A stretch of DNA of 41,322 nucleotides, from positions 1 to 41,322 of the forward strand of contig JAFCEK010000004.1 of NCBI GenBank assembly GCA_017609225.1, in the 5' to 3' direction. Under the pieces are notes generated by a model. The model searched no databases and was not told the origin of the DNA. It worked only from the letters and a program-made list of their open reading frames with translations. This DNA comes from Candidatus Aenigmatarchaeota archaeon (lineage in GTDB: Archaea; Aenigmatarchaeota; Aenigmatarchaeia; QMZP01). Position 1 is the first letter of the stretch. Every line of letters starts with the position of its first letter. This document shows positions 26,223-35,345 of the stretch, in pieces. The translations under genes and the position numbers were made by a program.

Positions 26223-27264
26223 CGGCTTCTGATGGCTGGAAATCTATAAACCCTTTCAGCTTTCCTGCTCTTTCAGGATGCCTCAGCCTTTCCAGCGCCT
26301 TTATCTCTATCTGCCTTATCCTCTCTCTTGAAAGGCCAAAAATTTCTCCTATTTCTTTTAATGTGTATCTTTCCCCTGTATAACAGCCATCATCACCAAA
26401 GGTGAGGCCGTATCTGAGCCTTATTATCATTTCCTCCATTGGGCTGAGTGTAGGCAAAATGCCTTCTATGGTCTCTCGGGTCATGTTTCCATGCGCTTCT
26501 TCTGGTGGACTTGGAGATTTTTTATTTTCAACAAACTCGCCGAATGGGGACTCATCATCTCCTCCATGCATATCCAAGTTTATAGGATGTTTCATTATTC
26601 TTCTTAATCCCGCTACTTCACTTACAGGTATTCCCATCTCTCTTGCGATGTTCTCATCAGTTGCTCTGCCCTCCACAGCCAGTTCCCTTTCAGTTCTTCT
26701 TAACATGAAAAATTTTTCTATTATATGAGAAGGTATCCTTACTGTTCTTGCATTGTCTGATAATGCCTTGGTAATTGCATTCCATATCCAGTGTGCAGCA
26801 TATGTGCTGAATTTGTATCCTGTTTCCGGCTTGTATCTCTCCACTGCCAGGATAAGGCCTGTATTTCCCTCAGCTATAAGGTCAAGAAAATCCAGTCCTT
26901 TGCCTCTGTATTTTTTTGCTATTGAAACCACAAGCCTTTGGTTTGATTCTATCATTACTTTGTAAAAAATTTCATATTCATCAAACAATTCCCTGATGTT
27001 ATCATATGCCTCAAGGAAATGTTCGGGAAAATCCCCCAAATCCGGAAGCAGTTTTTTGTATAGTTCCATGGCTTCCTGCATATCTTTTAATTGCCTGCAT
27101 CCTTTTAGCGAATCAGCATAAGAGCCAAATTCCGGGTCATTATAAATCATGCGGAGAAGCATGGATGTTGGATTGAAATCTTCCATTAAACCCCTTAGTT
27201 CTTTCTGGCTTTTCTTTATTTCTTTCCTTTTCTTCTTTGCTCTTTCTGTATCTCCACTCTCCAA
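26209..27264 (-). CDS. bacterial-type RNA polymerase sigma-70 family protein, regions 2-4 (the frame is open upstream to 27390)
   Basis: Close to RpoD across its length. Region 2: [61 protein letters not shown]. Region 3 start: [13 protein letters not shown]. Region 4.2: [31 protein letters not shown]. The track start is TTG. Confidence 0.85.
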   Translation of the reverse strand: MESGDTERAKKKRKEIKKSQKELRGLMEDFNPTSMLLRMIYNDPEFGSYADSLKGCRQLKDMQEAMELYKKLLPDLGDFPEHFLEAYDNIRELFDEYEIFYKVMIESNQRLVVSIAKKYRGKGLDFLDLIAEGNTGLILAVERYKPETGYKFSTYAAHWIWNAITKALSDNARTVRIPSHIIEKFFMLRRTERELAVEGRATDENIAREMGIPVSEVAGLRRIMKHPINLDMHGGDDESPFGEFVENKKSPSPPEEAHGNMTRETIEGILPTLSPMEEMIIRLRYGLTFGDDGCYTGERYTLKEIGEIFGLSRERIRQIEIKALERLRHPERAGKLKGFIDFQPSEAVNPS

Positions 27265-27347
27265 GCTTTTCAGATAATCCCTGATGCCCTCCCTGCCGGC
27301 TTTTATTAACTTTCTGCCTTCTTCCGCCTTTTCGCCTGACCTGCCTC

Positions 27348-27704
27348 TTATTTCTCCCCATTCTTTGAACCATGATTGCCAAGTGCAGCATCAATTATCC
27401 TTTCATCAACATATCCTATAACAAGCATATGACTGTAAATTTTATCCAGCAGTTTTTGCATTTCCTGCGTATAAAGAATCTCTTCCTCACATGTAAGGAG
27501 AGGATGGCTGCATGCTGTTCTTAAATAAAATCCTATATCATCTTCTTTTCCTCTTCTTTTTTTAAGTTCCATGTCTGTTTCTGGAGGCTCTTCGTCAGGA
27601 GGATATTTTCCTCCTGGATTTCCCATTCCTATTTTTAATAAAGCAGAAAAAATATTTTCATCTTCTTCCCCATTATAATCAGGCAATGTGCTTTTTTCCG
27701 GCAT
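27348..27704 (-). CDS. sigma-70 N-terminal fragment (acidic region plus region 1.2)
   Basis: [29 protein letters not shown] aligns with sigma-70 region 1.2 (DPVRMYLREMG..PLLTREEE..LAKRI). It ends at a stop inside the open upstream part of the regions 2-4 frame. Confidence 0.65.
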   Translation of the reverse strand: MPEKSTLPDYNGEEDENIFSALLKIGMGNPGGKYPPDEEPPETDMELKKRRGKEDDIGFYLRTACSHPLLTCEEEILYTQEMQKLLDKIYSHMLVIGYVDERIIDAALGNHGSKNGEK

Positions 27705-27763
27705 AGTTAATTTTTGCTCATAAAATTTATTAAGGCCATTGTGTTTTGGTTTGTAAAAACTAT

Positions 27764-28582
27764 TTATATGGTTTCAGCTTGGACCTTTTCAACAAATTCC
27801 AAAACTTTGAATAATAGATATCCTTCCTTTCCATTTGTTCCGGTAACAGGATTACCAAGAATTTTTTTATATTTTGCTATTTTTGCCATGGTTACTCCTT
27901 TTTCTCCATATTTTTCTAATATATCTTCTACACTTAAAACTTCTTCTTTTGCTACTGGTCTTGATACTACTGGTTTATGTTCTCTTTCATCAGGCATTGC
28001 TGGAGGGTTTGCTTCTGGTTGTTGATTTAATAATTTCTTGGCTATTCTTCTGAGTTTTTCCACGTCTTCTTTTCTAACCCTGTATCCTCTGGTCCTTCCC
28101 TTTTCTATCAATCCGGATGCTTCAGGGTGTTCTAATAGTCGTTCTAATATTCCTGGTTTGGTATACCGACGTGAAACATGGGATAATGGTATATAATCTC
28201 CCGGCTCATGATCTTTAGAGATGCCCTGCTCTCCAGGATTTACAACAGCAACAATTCTATTGGTTCTGGTATATTCGGGTTCTCTGCCTGATTCGCAGGC
28301 ATGCGGTCCATCAGCAAGCATCAGGTGTTCAGGGGTTAAACCTTCAGGCAAAACATTTTCAATTTCATCTGGACCCATCCCAAAAAAATCATTAAGAGCA
28401 GGTATTTCTTCCGTGTATTTTCCCATTTTTTCCAGTTTTTCTTCAGGGGTTAAATTAGAAGATAGAATTCCATAAATCTCCAATAAAGCAGCCTTAAGAA
28501 GGTTTTCTCCATATTTTCCTTTTAGTTCTCCATAAATGCCTTTGCCTTTTCCTTCTACCTCCAGACCACCAAACTTTCCCAT
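27764..28582 (-). CDS. hypothetical protein with two excisionase/MerR-like HTH-type modules
   Basis: Two segments end in G(Y)xxRxxDVEKL-like strings typical of excisionase-family HTH domains: HVSRRYTKPGILERLLEHPEASGLIEKGRTRGYRVRKEDVEKL and VTMAKIAKYKKILGNPVTGTNGKEGYLLFKVLEFVEKV. The assignment is tentative. The start is taken at ATG 28582. Confidence 0.45.
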   Translation of the reverse strand: MGKFGGLEVEGKGKGIYGELKGKYGENLLKAALLEIYGILSSNLTPEEKLEKMGKYTEEIPALNDFFGMGPDEIENVLPEGLTPEHLMLADGPHACESGREPEYTRTNRIVAVVNPGEQGISKDHEPGDYIPLSHVSRRYTKPGILERLLEHPEASGLIEKGRTRGYRVRKEDVEKLRRIAKKLLNQQPEANPPAMPDEREHKPVVSRPVAKEEVLSVEDILEKYGEKGVTMAKIAKYKKILGNPVTGTNGKEGYLLFKVLEFVEKVQAETI

Positions 28583-28665
28583 CAAGTCCCCCCAGGTTTT
28601 TATTTGTTCATTGTGAAAATATTAATTATGTTTTGTTCCATTTTTTGTCCCCTGATATTCCAGAA

Positions 28666-29838
28666 CTAATCCTTCAGGAACCTCGGCACAAGCCTTCTTG
28701 CCTTTTCTCTTTTTTTTCTGTGCTCCTCAAGAAATTCGTTTATCTTTTCAATTGCTATCTGCTTCAGCTCGCCTGTGAGCATTCTGCCTGAGCTGTACTC
28801 ATCCCTTATTTTTTTTATCTTCCTGTCATCCGGCTCAAACATGAAGTAAAGCATCTGGTAGGCAACATCAACATCCGGATTGCCTCCATGCTTTCTGTGC
28901 TCCTCTATTGAGTTGCCACCCCCGGAGAATGCATATTTCATTATCTTTTCCTTTACGGTTTTCGGGCCATCTGTCAGGGCAATGTATGAATAGGGGTCAG
29001 AGGAGCTCATCTTGCCTCCCTTAAGGCCCGGCATGAACTCATGGTAAAAGGAGCTTGGGGGAATGAAATCAAACTCCCTGTTGCCTTTCATCCTTGATGC
29101 AATGTCCCTGGTAAGCCTTATGTGGGGGTCCTGGTCCACCCCAACAGGAACCACAACAGGGCATGCCCCCTCAAACTCCGGGAGCTGCGGGTGCAGGATG
29201 TCAGCAACCTGTGTGAAAACAGAAACAATCTTGCCGGGTGAGAGTTCCCCGTATATTGCCTTCATCTCGTTCATGGTTGTTCTGTTTGAAACCATACCTA
29301 TTAGTCTGTAATAGGCATTGGACCTTTCCGGGTCATTGGAGCGCTGGCTCTGGAAATAGAAATCGCAGTTTTTCGGCTTCAGGCCCAGCGCAATATAGTT
29401 TATCAGATACTCCTCTATTGCTGTTTTCCTGAGCTGCTCAAGGGGCTGGTTCCTCATATTGTATGCCTCAATATCAGCCACGCAGACATAGGTTCTGGCC
29501 CCCTGCTCCTGGAGATAGATTATCTCATCAGCAACCATCTTGTGGCCTATATGGAATTTGCCTGAAGGCATCAGGCCTGTAAGCATCACAAACTTTTTTT
29601 TCTTTCTGATTGCATCAGCAACCCTTCCGAAATCCCTGTGTCCGAATATTATGCCTCTTCTCATCTGGAGCATTGGGCTGGAGATTCTGCTAAGCATGGA
29701 TCCAAAGTCCTCTATTCCGAACTCTTCCCTGATTTTCTGGTAGTCCTTTACCTTTATGTCCTGGCTCCATGGGTCTATTTTTTCAGGCATAGCATCACTT
29801 AATATTTGTATCGGCTGGTTATATTTTTGCCTGTGCAT
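28666..29838 (-). CDS. trpS: tryptophanyl-tRNA synthetase (archaeal/eukaryotic type)
   Basis: Class I motifs: HIGH-like GKFHIGH and KMSKS-like KMSSS. Overall TrpRS similarity. Confidence 0.9.
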   Translation of the reverse strand: MHRQKYNQPIQILSDAMPEKIDPWSQDIKVKDYQKIREEFGIEDFGSMLSRISSPMLQMRRGIIFGHRDFGRVADAIRKKKKFVMLTGLMPSGKFHIGHKMVADEIIYLQEQGARTYVCVADIEAYNMRNQPLEQLRKTAIEEYLINYIALGLKPKNCDFYFQSQRSNDPERSNAYYRLIGMVSNRTTMNEMKAIYGELSPGKIVSVFTQVADILHPQLPEFEGACPVVVPVGVDQDPHIRLTRDIASRMKGNREFDFIPPSSFYHEFMPGLKGGKMSSSDPYSYIALTDGPKTVKEKIMKYAFSGGGNSIEEHRKHGGNPDVDVAYQMLYFMFEPDDRKIKKIRDEYSSGRMLTGELKQIAIEKINEFLEEHRKKREKARRLVPRFLKD

Positions 29839-29879
29839 GGAAAGGTTAAATTTCTTTCTTTTTTATATTTTTTGAGAAC

Positions 29880-30467
29880 ATGGCTATAGATAAAATATAC
29901 ATGAGGCGTTCGGCTGTAAGGAATATTGCGCTTTCAGCTATTGGTGCATATCCAAAGGAAACAACTGGCCTTGTGCTGCTTGAAGACCTTGGAGATAGAA
30001 ATATACTTCTTGATGATGTGCTGGTTATACCCGGAGCAAGAATAAATGAAAAAGAGTCATCCTTCAGCGAAAGGCATCTCAAAGAGGTATTAAAGGCTCT
30101 GAAAGCCGGAGGTCATGATTTTATAAGGAGCTTTCACAGCCATACAGCCTTTGACGGGAAAAGAAAAACATATTTAAGCGATTATCCGGATGACACAGGT
30201 GATATACCCTATATTCAGGGATATATCAAACATGTATGGGATGAGGAAGAGCTTGAGAGCAACCCATGGATAGAGTTTCTGCTCTGGATAGAGGGAAAGA
30301 GTTATAAAACCAGAAGGAAGCCATACTGGTCTTTTTCTGAAAAGGAAAATGGATTTAGCATATCAGTAATTACCGAACAAACAGGCTACAGAATGCTTCT
30401 CAGGGTGTTTGAGTTCTATGATGACGGGTCGCTGTATTTTGATCATCCAATGGAACTTGTAGACTGA
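29880..30467 (+). CDS. JAB/MPN-like domain protein (degenerate JAMM spacing)
   Basis: PKETTG...FHSHTAFDGKRKTYLSDYPDD resembles E...HxH...S..D of JAMM metalloproteases, but the spacing is atypical. Confidence 0.4.
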   Translation: MAIDKIYMRRSAVRNIALSAIGAYPKETTGLVLLEDLGDRNILLDDVLVIPGARINEKESSFSERHLKEVLKALKAGGHDFIRSFHSHTAFDGKRKTYLSDYPDDTGDIPYIQGYIKHVWDEEELESNPWIEFLLWIEGKSYKTRRKPYWSFSEKENGFSISVITEQTGYRMLLRVFEFYDDGSLYFDHPMELVD

Positions 30468-30468
30468 T

Positions 30469-31482
30469 TCACAAAAAATTCTCCCCCAGCTCTTTCAGCA
30501 TATCCCTTCTTTTTTCATAGTATTTTCTTACCCTGGAGAATATCCCTATCAGCTCCCTTGCCACAGCATCCTTTAAATCAGCAGGATGGAGTTCTTTCCC
30601 TGTAAATGCATTCTTCAGGGATTCAAATGAATCAAAGGTTATGTCCCCGCCAAACTTCTTCTCCCTTTCTATCTTCATTCCGCCCTTTACGGGAAATATA
30701 AGATACTGGCACAGCTGTATTATTGGATTTTCCTCAACAACCCCATGGGGGCAGTATGCTCCCTTTACCTTTGCAGCTATATCCTGCTCTGAGTCATAGA
30801 CCTTTATGTGCGAGCCAGGCTCTGATGCACTCATCTTGGTTCCAGGGCCCTTGAGGGATGCCACAAGAGGCGTCATTATTTCGATCCTTTTCCTGTATCC
30901 GAGTTTCGGAAGGTATTCCCTGGCAAAGCCCATTATATGCCTCTGGTCTATTCCGCCCAACTGTATGTCAACCTTCAGGTACTCCTCATCCAGCGACTGC
31001 ATTATGGGATATATAAGCTCTGAAACCTTTGGTGTTTTCATTCTGCAAACTTCAGAGGATGCCCTGGTTGCCCTGGAAACCGTTGATATGCTTGAAAGCT
31101 TCAGCACATCATGCATGTAATCTTTCTGGAACTGGAAATCGCTTCCCTTTACGAATTTCGGTTTCTCCTTCCAGGGAAATCCGAGCTCAACGCATTTCCT
31201 GAAATATTCTGCCCTCTTCTCCAGCTCCTCCCAGGGTGCCTTGAGGTCATCCAGCGCGGAATGTATGTCAGCTATGAGTATCATGTTTTTTATGCCTGCC
31301 TTTTCAAAATCCAGCATCTTTCCAAAGGGAATCAGATAGCCCATATGGAAGGGTCCTGTTACTGTTATGCCTATATAGGCAGAGGGGCTTCTTTTTGTCC
31401 TGAGAAGCTCTTCAAGCTCCTGCTCTGTAAGAATCTCTGCCGCGTGCCTTCTTGCCAGTTCAAGCCTTTTTTCCGGCTTCAT
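30469..31482 (-). CDS. tyrS: tyrosyl-tRNA synthetase (archaeal type)
   Basis: Aligns along its length with the archaeal TyrRS pattern (..AYIGITVTGPFHMGY.., LIADIHSALD, YPIMQSLDEEYL, KMSAS, ELHPADLKDAVA). Confidence 0.9.
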   Translation of the reverse strand: MKPEKRLELARRHAAEILTEQELEELLRTKRSPSAYIGITVTGPFHMGYLIPFGKMLDFEKAGIKNMILIADIHSALDDLKAPWEELEKRAEYFRKCVELGFPWKEKPKFVKGSDFQFQKDYMHDVLKLSSISTVSRATRASSEVCRMKTPKVSELIYPIMQSLDEEYLKVDIQLGGIDQRHIMGFAREYLPKLGYRKRIEIMTPLVASLKGPGTKMSASEPGSHIKVYDSEQDIAAKVKGAYCPHGVVEENPIIQLCQYLIFPVKGGMKIEREKKFGGDITFDSFESLKNAFTGKELHPADLKDAVARELIGIFSRVRKYYEKRRDMLKELGENFL

Positions 31483-31601
31483 AATCTATCCTTTAATTTT
31501 TGTTTTTTTATGCTTAAATTGTATTCAATTCCTTTTCTGTTTCAAGAACCACTGGTAAATCGCATTTATAAAATTTACTGAAAACTAATTCTGGGAGAAG
31601 C

Positions 31602-32861
31602 ATGAAAATAGGGATTCTGGGTGCAGGTCCTGTAGGAAGCTGCTTTGCAGAGATGCTGCCGAGGTACGGGCATGAAGTTCATATTTATGACACGGACAAT
31701 GAAAAAACAAAAGGGTTAGGCAATGCAAACATATGCACATGCGAGGGGGAGGTGGGCGAGAAATCTGATTTTCTTTTGTGCTGCACTGATATGCTGAGCA
31801 GCGATGCCCTGACAAAGGCAGCAGATGCCATGAAGCCCGGAGGCAGGCACAGAAAGGTTGTTTCCGGTGATTTCTCTGCAAAAATCCCGGAGTATGAGGC
31901 GTTCAGGAAATCCAGAAATGCTGGAAAGCATGCATACTGGACTATACATACAATGGGCTCCCCAAAAATGGGATTCAAAAATATGCTGGTTATAGAAATT
32001 CCTGTGGAGAACTGCACAGACAATGGAAGGGAAAATCCCTATATATCAGAGTTCAGGAAAACCCTGGCAATGGCTGGCTCCAGGTTCAGGGTGATATGGA
32101 CGCCTGAGGAGCATGACAGGATAATGGGCAGGATACAGGGAGCAACAAGCGCTGAAAACATATGCACTGCAAAAACGCTTGCTGACCTTGAAATCAATCC
32201 CCTGGAAAGGGGAAACATATATTCAAATAAGTTTGACAGGATAAAGTTTCTCATGTCTCTCAGGGCTGTGGGAAAAAAGGGAAGCTCAAACCACAGGGTT
32301 TATGGCCTTATTGCAACAATGAATCCATACTCCCTGGAAAACATACAGAAATATCTTGAGGTTCTGGAGGGATTTACAGAAAGCAATGAGGCATATGCAA
32401 TGGCTGAAGATGCTGTCCGCAGGCTTGGAAAAGAAAGGATTAAAAGAGCAGCATGGCTCTGGGATTCAAAGTTTGGTACTGTTTCCAGAACAGAAAACTC
32501 ATATTCAAGCCATATTGCAGAGGCAATTCTCTGGTCACAGGAAGGTGAATATCCCCTTGGCATATTTCAGGAAACACCCTCCCCGCCTTACAGGATGAGA
32601 GAGCTTATGGCGCTGAAGGCGCTAAGCATGCACAGGCAGTGCATTGAGAATATGCACAGCAGGGAAACGAATGACAGGGATTTCCTGGAGGTTGTCAGGG
32701 CATTCAGGGAATGGGCAGAAAAATCCCGGCATGCAGGAGGCTGGGAAGCACTTGATGGGTTTGAGAGGGAATTTTTTGAGCCCGTGAGAGAAAGATTTCC
32801 GGAAGAACTGGAAACAATCACTGAAAAAACCAACCAGCTTATAGGAATGCTTCAGGAATAA
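31602..32861 (+). CDS. prephenate dehydrogenase (TyrA)-like NAD-binding protein with long C-terminal extension
   Basis: Rossmann fold GILGAGPVG. IHTMGSP and TPEEHDRIMGRIQG resemble the TyrA HPM.GP and ..EHD...A.IQ motifs. Confidence 0.45.
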   Translation: MKIGILGAGPVGSCFAEMLPRYGHEVHIYDTDNEKTKGLGNANICTCEGEVGEKSDFLLCCTDMLSSDALTKAADAMKPGGRHRKVVSGDFSAKIPEYEAFRKSRNAGKHAYWTIHTMGSPKMGFKNMLVIEIPVENCTDNGRENPYISEFRKTLAMAGSRFRVIWTPEEHDRIMGRIQGATSAENICTAKTLADLEINPLERGNIYSNKFDRIKFLMSLRAVGKKGSSNHRVYGLIATMNPYSLENIQKYLEVLEGFTESNEAYAMAEDAVRRLGKERIKRAAWLWDSKFGTVSRTENSYSSHIAEAILWSQEGEYPLGIFQETPSPPYRMRELMALKALSMHRQCIENMHSRETNDRDFLEVVRAFREWAEKSRHAGGWEALDGFEREFFEPVRERFPEELETITEKTNQLIGMLQE

Positions 32862-32889
32862 ACTTAAATCCCTGAGACAAAAATTACCC

Positions 32890-33594
32890 ATGGATATAAA
32901 CCTGCAGGAGCCCATAAGCTCCCTGCTCAGAAAAATTGAAAACAAGGCTTTGACAAATTTTTACGGCGGGCCCGGAACAGGCAAGACAAACCTTTGCCTT
33001 TTGGCTGCCATTGAATGCGCAAGGAAAGGGGGAAATGTTGTTTTCATTGACACTGAAGGCGGATTCTCGCTGGAGAGGCTAAAGCAGCTTGCCCCGGATT
33101 ACAGGAAAATCCTGGAGAGGATAAAGCTTGTGGAACCAAAAACATTTGAGGAGCAGGGCAGGGCAATAAAAATGCTTGAAAGGGAAAGGGCTGATCTTAT
33201 AATACTGGATTCTGCTGTGGCGCTGTACAGGCTGCACAATGCTGAAAGCGTGGACAACAAAACAAAAAAATGCGTTCCTGATTTGTTCAAGATTGAGGCA
33301 AACAGAGAGCTTTCAAAGCAGCTCTCCATACTTTCCAATCTGGCAAGGGAAAGAAACATCCCTGTGCTGATAACCGCACACTCATTCAAAAAATGGGAAA
33401 ACGGCTCAATAGACATGGTTGGAGGGGACAGCATCAAATACTGGAGCAAGGCAATAGTTTTCCTGGAAAAAACAGGGAAAACCTCTGAGAGAAAGGCCAT
33501 GCTGGTAAAGCACAGGCACATGCCTGAGGGCAAGGAAGCAAAGTTCATGATTGTGCAGGAAGGCATAAAGCCAAGCGGCTTCAAACTTTTCTAG
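32890..33594 (+). CDS. radB: DNA repair/recombination protein RadB
   Basis: RecA-fold without the RadA N-terminal domain. Walker A GGPGTGKTN, Walker B LIILDS. About 234 aa. Confidence 0.8.
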   Translation: MDINLQEPISSLLRKIENKALTNFYGGPGTGKTNLCLLAAIECARKGGNVVFIDTEGGFSLERLKQLAPDYRKILERIKLVEPKTFEEQGRAIKMLERERADLIILDSAVALYRLHNAESVDNKTKKCVPDLFKIEANRELSKQLSILSNLARERNIPVLITAHSFKKWENGSIDMVGGDSIKYWSKAIVFLEKTGKTSERKAMLVKHRHMPEGKEAKFMIVQEGIKPSGFKLF

Positions 33595-34156
33595 GCTCCT
33601 TCTCAGAGAAAATTTCTGACCGGAATTTGTATATTTTTGTGTCAGGCTCAAGCCACTCTGTATCAGGCAGGCCAGCCTTCTGGCATGTGTGTGAAAGGAA
33701 TTCCTCCTCTGAGAAGTTCCATTCAACAGCTACCTGCGGCAGGAGAAGGCCTGAGAACATGCCTTTCCTCACAATCAGGCCGTCCGTTCCAATCTTTATC
33801 TGTTTCGGGTAATCCTCCGGGTTTTCCGCCTTTATTAGCTCTGGTTTTGTCAGAATGGAAACCTCAACAACAATCCTGTCCAGCTCATTTGCCTGGACAG
33901 GGGGAAACCTTGGGTCCTCTGCTGCTGCGCATGCTGAATCAATTATTGCCTTTATAAGTGGCATAACAGGTTCAGGGAATCCTATGCAGCCCCTCAGCTG
34001 CCTTTCGGGCCATGTGTGCAGCGTTACAAAAACCCCTCTTTTCTCTCCCAGGGGCTTGGGGTATTTTTTCGGCTCGAGTTTTTTGCCTTTCCTTACCCAT
34101 AATTCCAGGGCCTGCCTGGCTGTTTTGACAGCAGCCATCCCATTCCTGATATTCAT
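33581..34156 (-). CDS. AMMECR1 domain protein
   Basis: LRGCIGFPEP and DPRFPPV motifs. Confidence 0.8.
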   Translation of the reverse strand: MNIRNGMAAVKTARQALELWVRKGKKLEPKKYPKPLGEKRGVFVTLHTWPERQLRGCIGFPEPVMPLIKAIIDSACAAAEDPRFPPVQANELDRIVVEVSILTKPELIKAENPEDYPKQIKIGTDGLIVRKGMFSGLLLPQVAVEWNFSEEEFLSHTCQKAGLPDTEWLEPDTKIYKFRSEIFSEKEPRKV

Positions 34157-34280
34157 GTTAATTAATTATTGGAGCTGCTTTAAGTGAGTTAGCAGCAATT
34201 GGCTCTGAACAGCAACTTTATAAGTAATCCGGAACAAAGAATAATCTTTCAGGTGTAAAACTGACAGGCAGAGGTTTCAT

Positions 34281-35345
34281 ATGCACTGGGTGACAAAAAA
34301 AGAAACAGAGAAGCTTGAGGAATTTTTAGCCGGAACGGGAAAGAAGATATTATTTTACCACAGGGATGCGGACGGGGTTTGCTCAGCCGCCCTGTTCCTG
34401 AAATTTTTCCCTGACTTTAAGGCAGTGCCAAGGGAGGGCCCGAGAATAGAGGACAGCTTTGTAAAAGAGATTACAAAAGAGAAACCTGATTTAATTGTAT
34501 TTCTTGACCTGCCTGTATGCCAGGAATGGAAAAGCATCAGCAGGATTAAAAAGAAGCTTCCGAAGCTGAAGATAATTGTGATAGACCATCACATCATAGA
34601 GAAAAACCTGAACTCCGGGGATATTATACACCTGAATCCGAAATTCCGGAGGGATGTGTACTGGCCTGTAAGCTATCTGGTTTTTGATTTGCTGGAGAGG
34701 ATGGGCAGGAATGTTTCCGGTCTGATTTGGATTGCTGCAATGGGTGTTATAGGTGATTACGGGTTTAAGGACTGCAGGAAATTTCTGGAGAGATGCGCAG
34801 GGGAATATCCAGGGCTGCTGGAAAGGGATATAAGCAATTCAAAACTTGCAAACGGCTCTGAGCTTATTTCAGCAGCAATAACCATGAAAGGCCTGAGGGG
34901 TGCGAAAAAGGCGCTGGAAATCCTGCTTGAATCAAACACATACAGCAGGTTTGAGAAATCTTCTGTGCTGAAGAGATGGAAAAATGCTGTTGGGCAGGAG
35001 ATGGAGAACGTGATAAGGGATTTTGAATATGAAAGGGAGGAATATCCGGAACTGAACCTGATAATCTACCAGATACACAGCAAACTCAATCTTGTGTCTG
35101 CCACAGCAACATATTTTTCCGAAAGGTATCCTGAAAAGATAATAATGATTGTGAAAAAGGGCAGGGACAACTGGAAGATATCAGCAAGAAACCAGTCAGG
35201 AAAAATCAACATGGGAAATCTTGTTAAAAAATGCATGAAGGGAATCGGCTCAGGAGGAGGTCATATCAAGGCAGCAGGGGGCATGACTGAAAACTTTGAA
35301 AAATTCAGGAAAAGGTTTTTGAAGGAGCTTGCTAAAGCTGCTTAA
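34281..35345 (+). CDS. DHH/DHHA1 family phosphoesterase (RecJ/NrnA-like)
   Basis: HRDADGVCSAA, VIDHH and GSGGGHIKAAG motifs. Confidence 0.75.
   Translation: MHWVTKKETEKLEEFLAGTGKKILFYHRDADGVCSAALFLKFFPDFKAVPREGPRIEDSFVKEITKEKPDLIVFLDLPVCQEWKSISRIKKKLPKLKIIVIDHHIIEKNLNSGDIIHLNPKFRRDVYWPVSYLVFDLLERMGRNVSGLIWIAAMGVIGDYGFKDCRKFLERCAGEYPGLLERDISNSKLANGSELISAAITMKGLRGAKKALEILLESNTYSRFEKSSVLKRWKNAVGQEMENVIRDFEYEREEYPELNLIIYQIHSKLNLVSATATYFSERYPEKIIMIVKKGRDNWKISARNQSGKINMGNLVKKCMKGIGSGGGHIKAAGGMTENFEKFRKRFLKELAKAA

Noticed and set aside
27140-27394. 84-aa Lys/Arg-rich ORF in the third frame across the sigma junction
   Set aside because: It is a shadow frame of the purine-rich spacer region and matches no sigma segment.
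25462-28665. Integrated element bounded by a tRNA-derived direct repeat
   Set aside because: I looked for a repeat of the tRNA-Leu or tRNA-His 3' ends near 28.6 kb. I found only a C-run (cccccc), which is not a convincing att site.
31111-31581. 156-aa plus-strand ORF
   Set aside because: It is antisense to tyrS.
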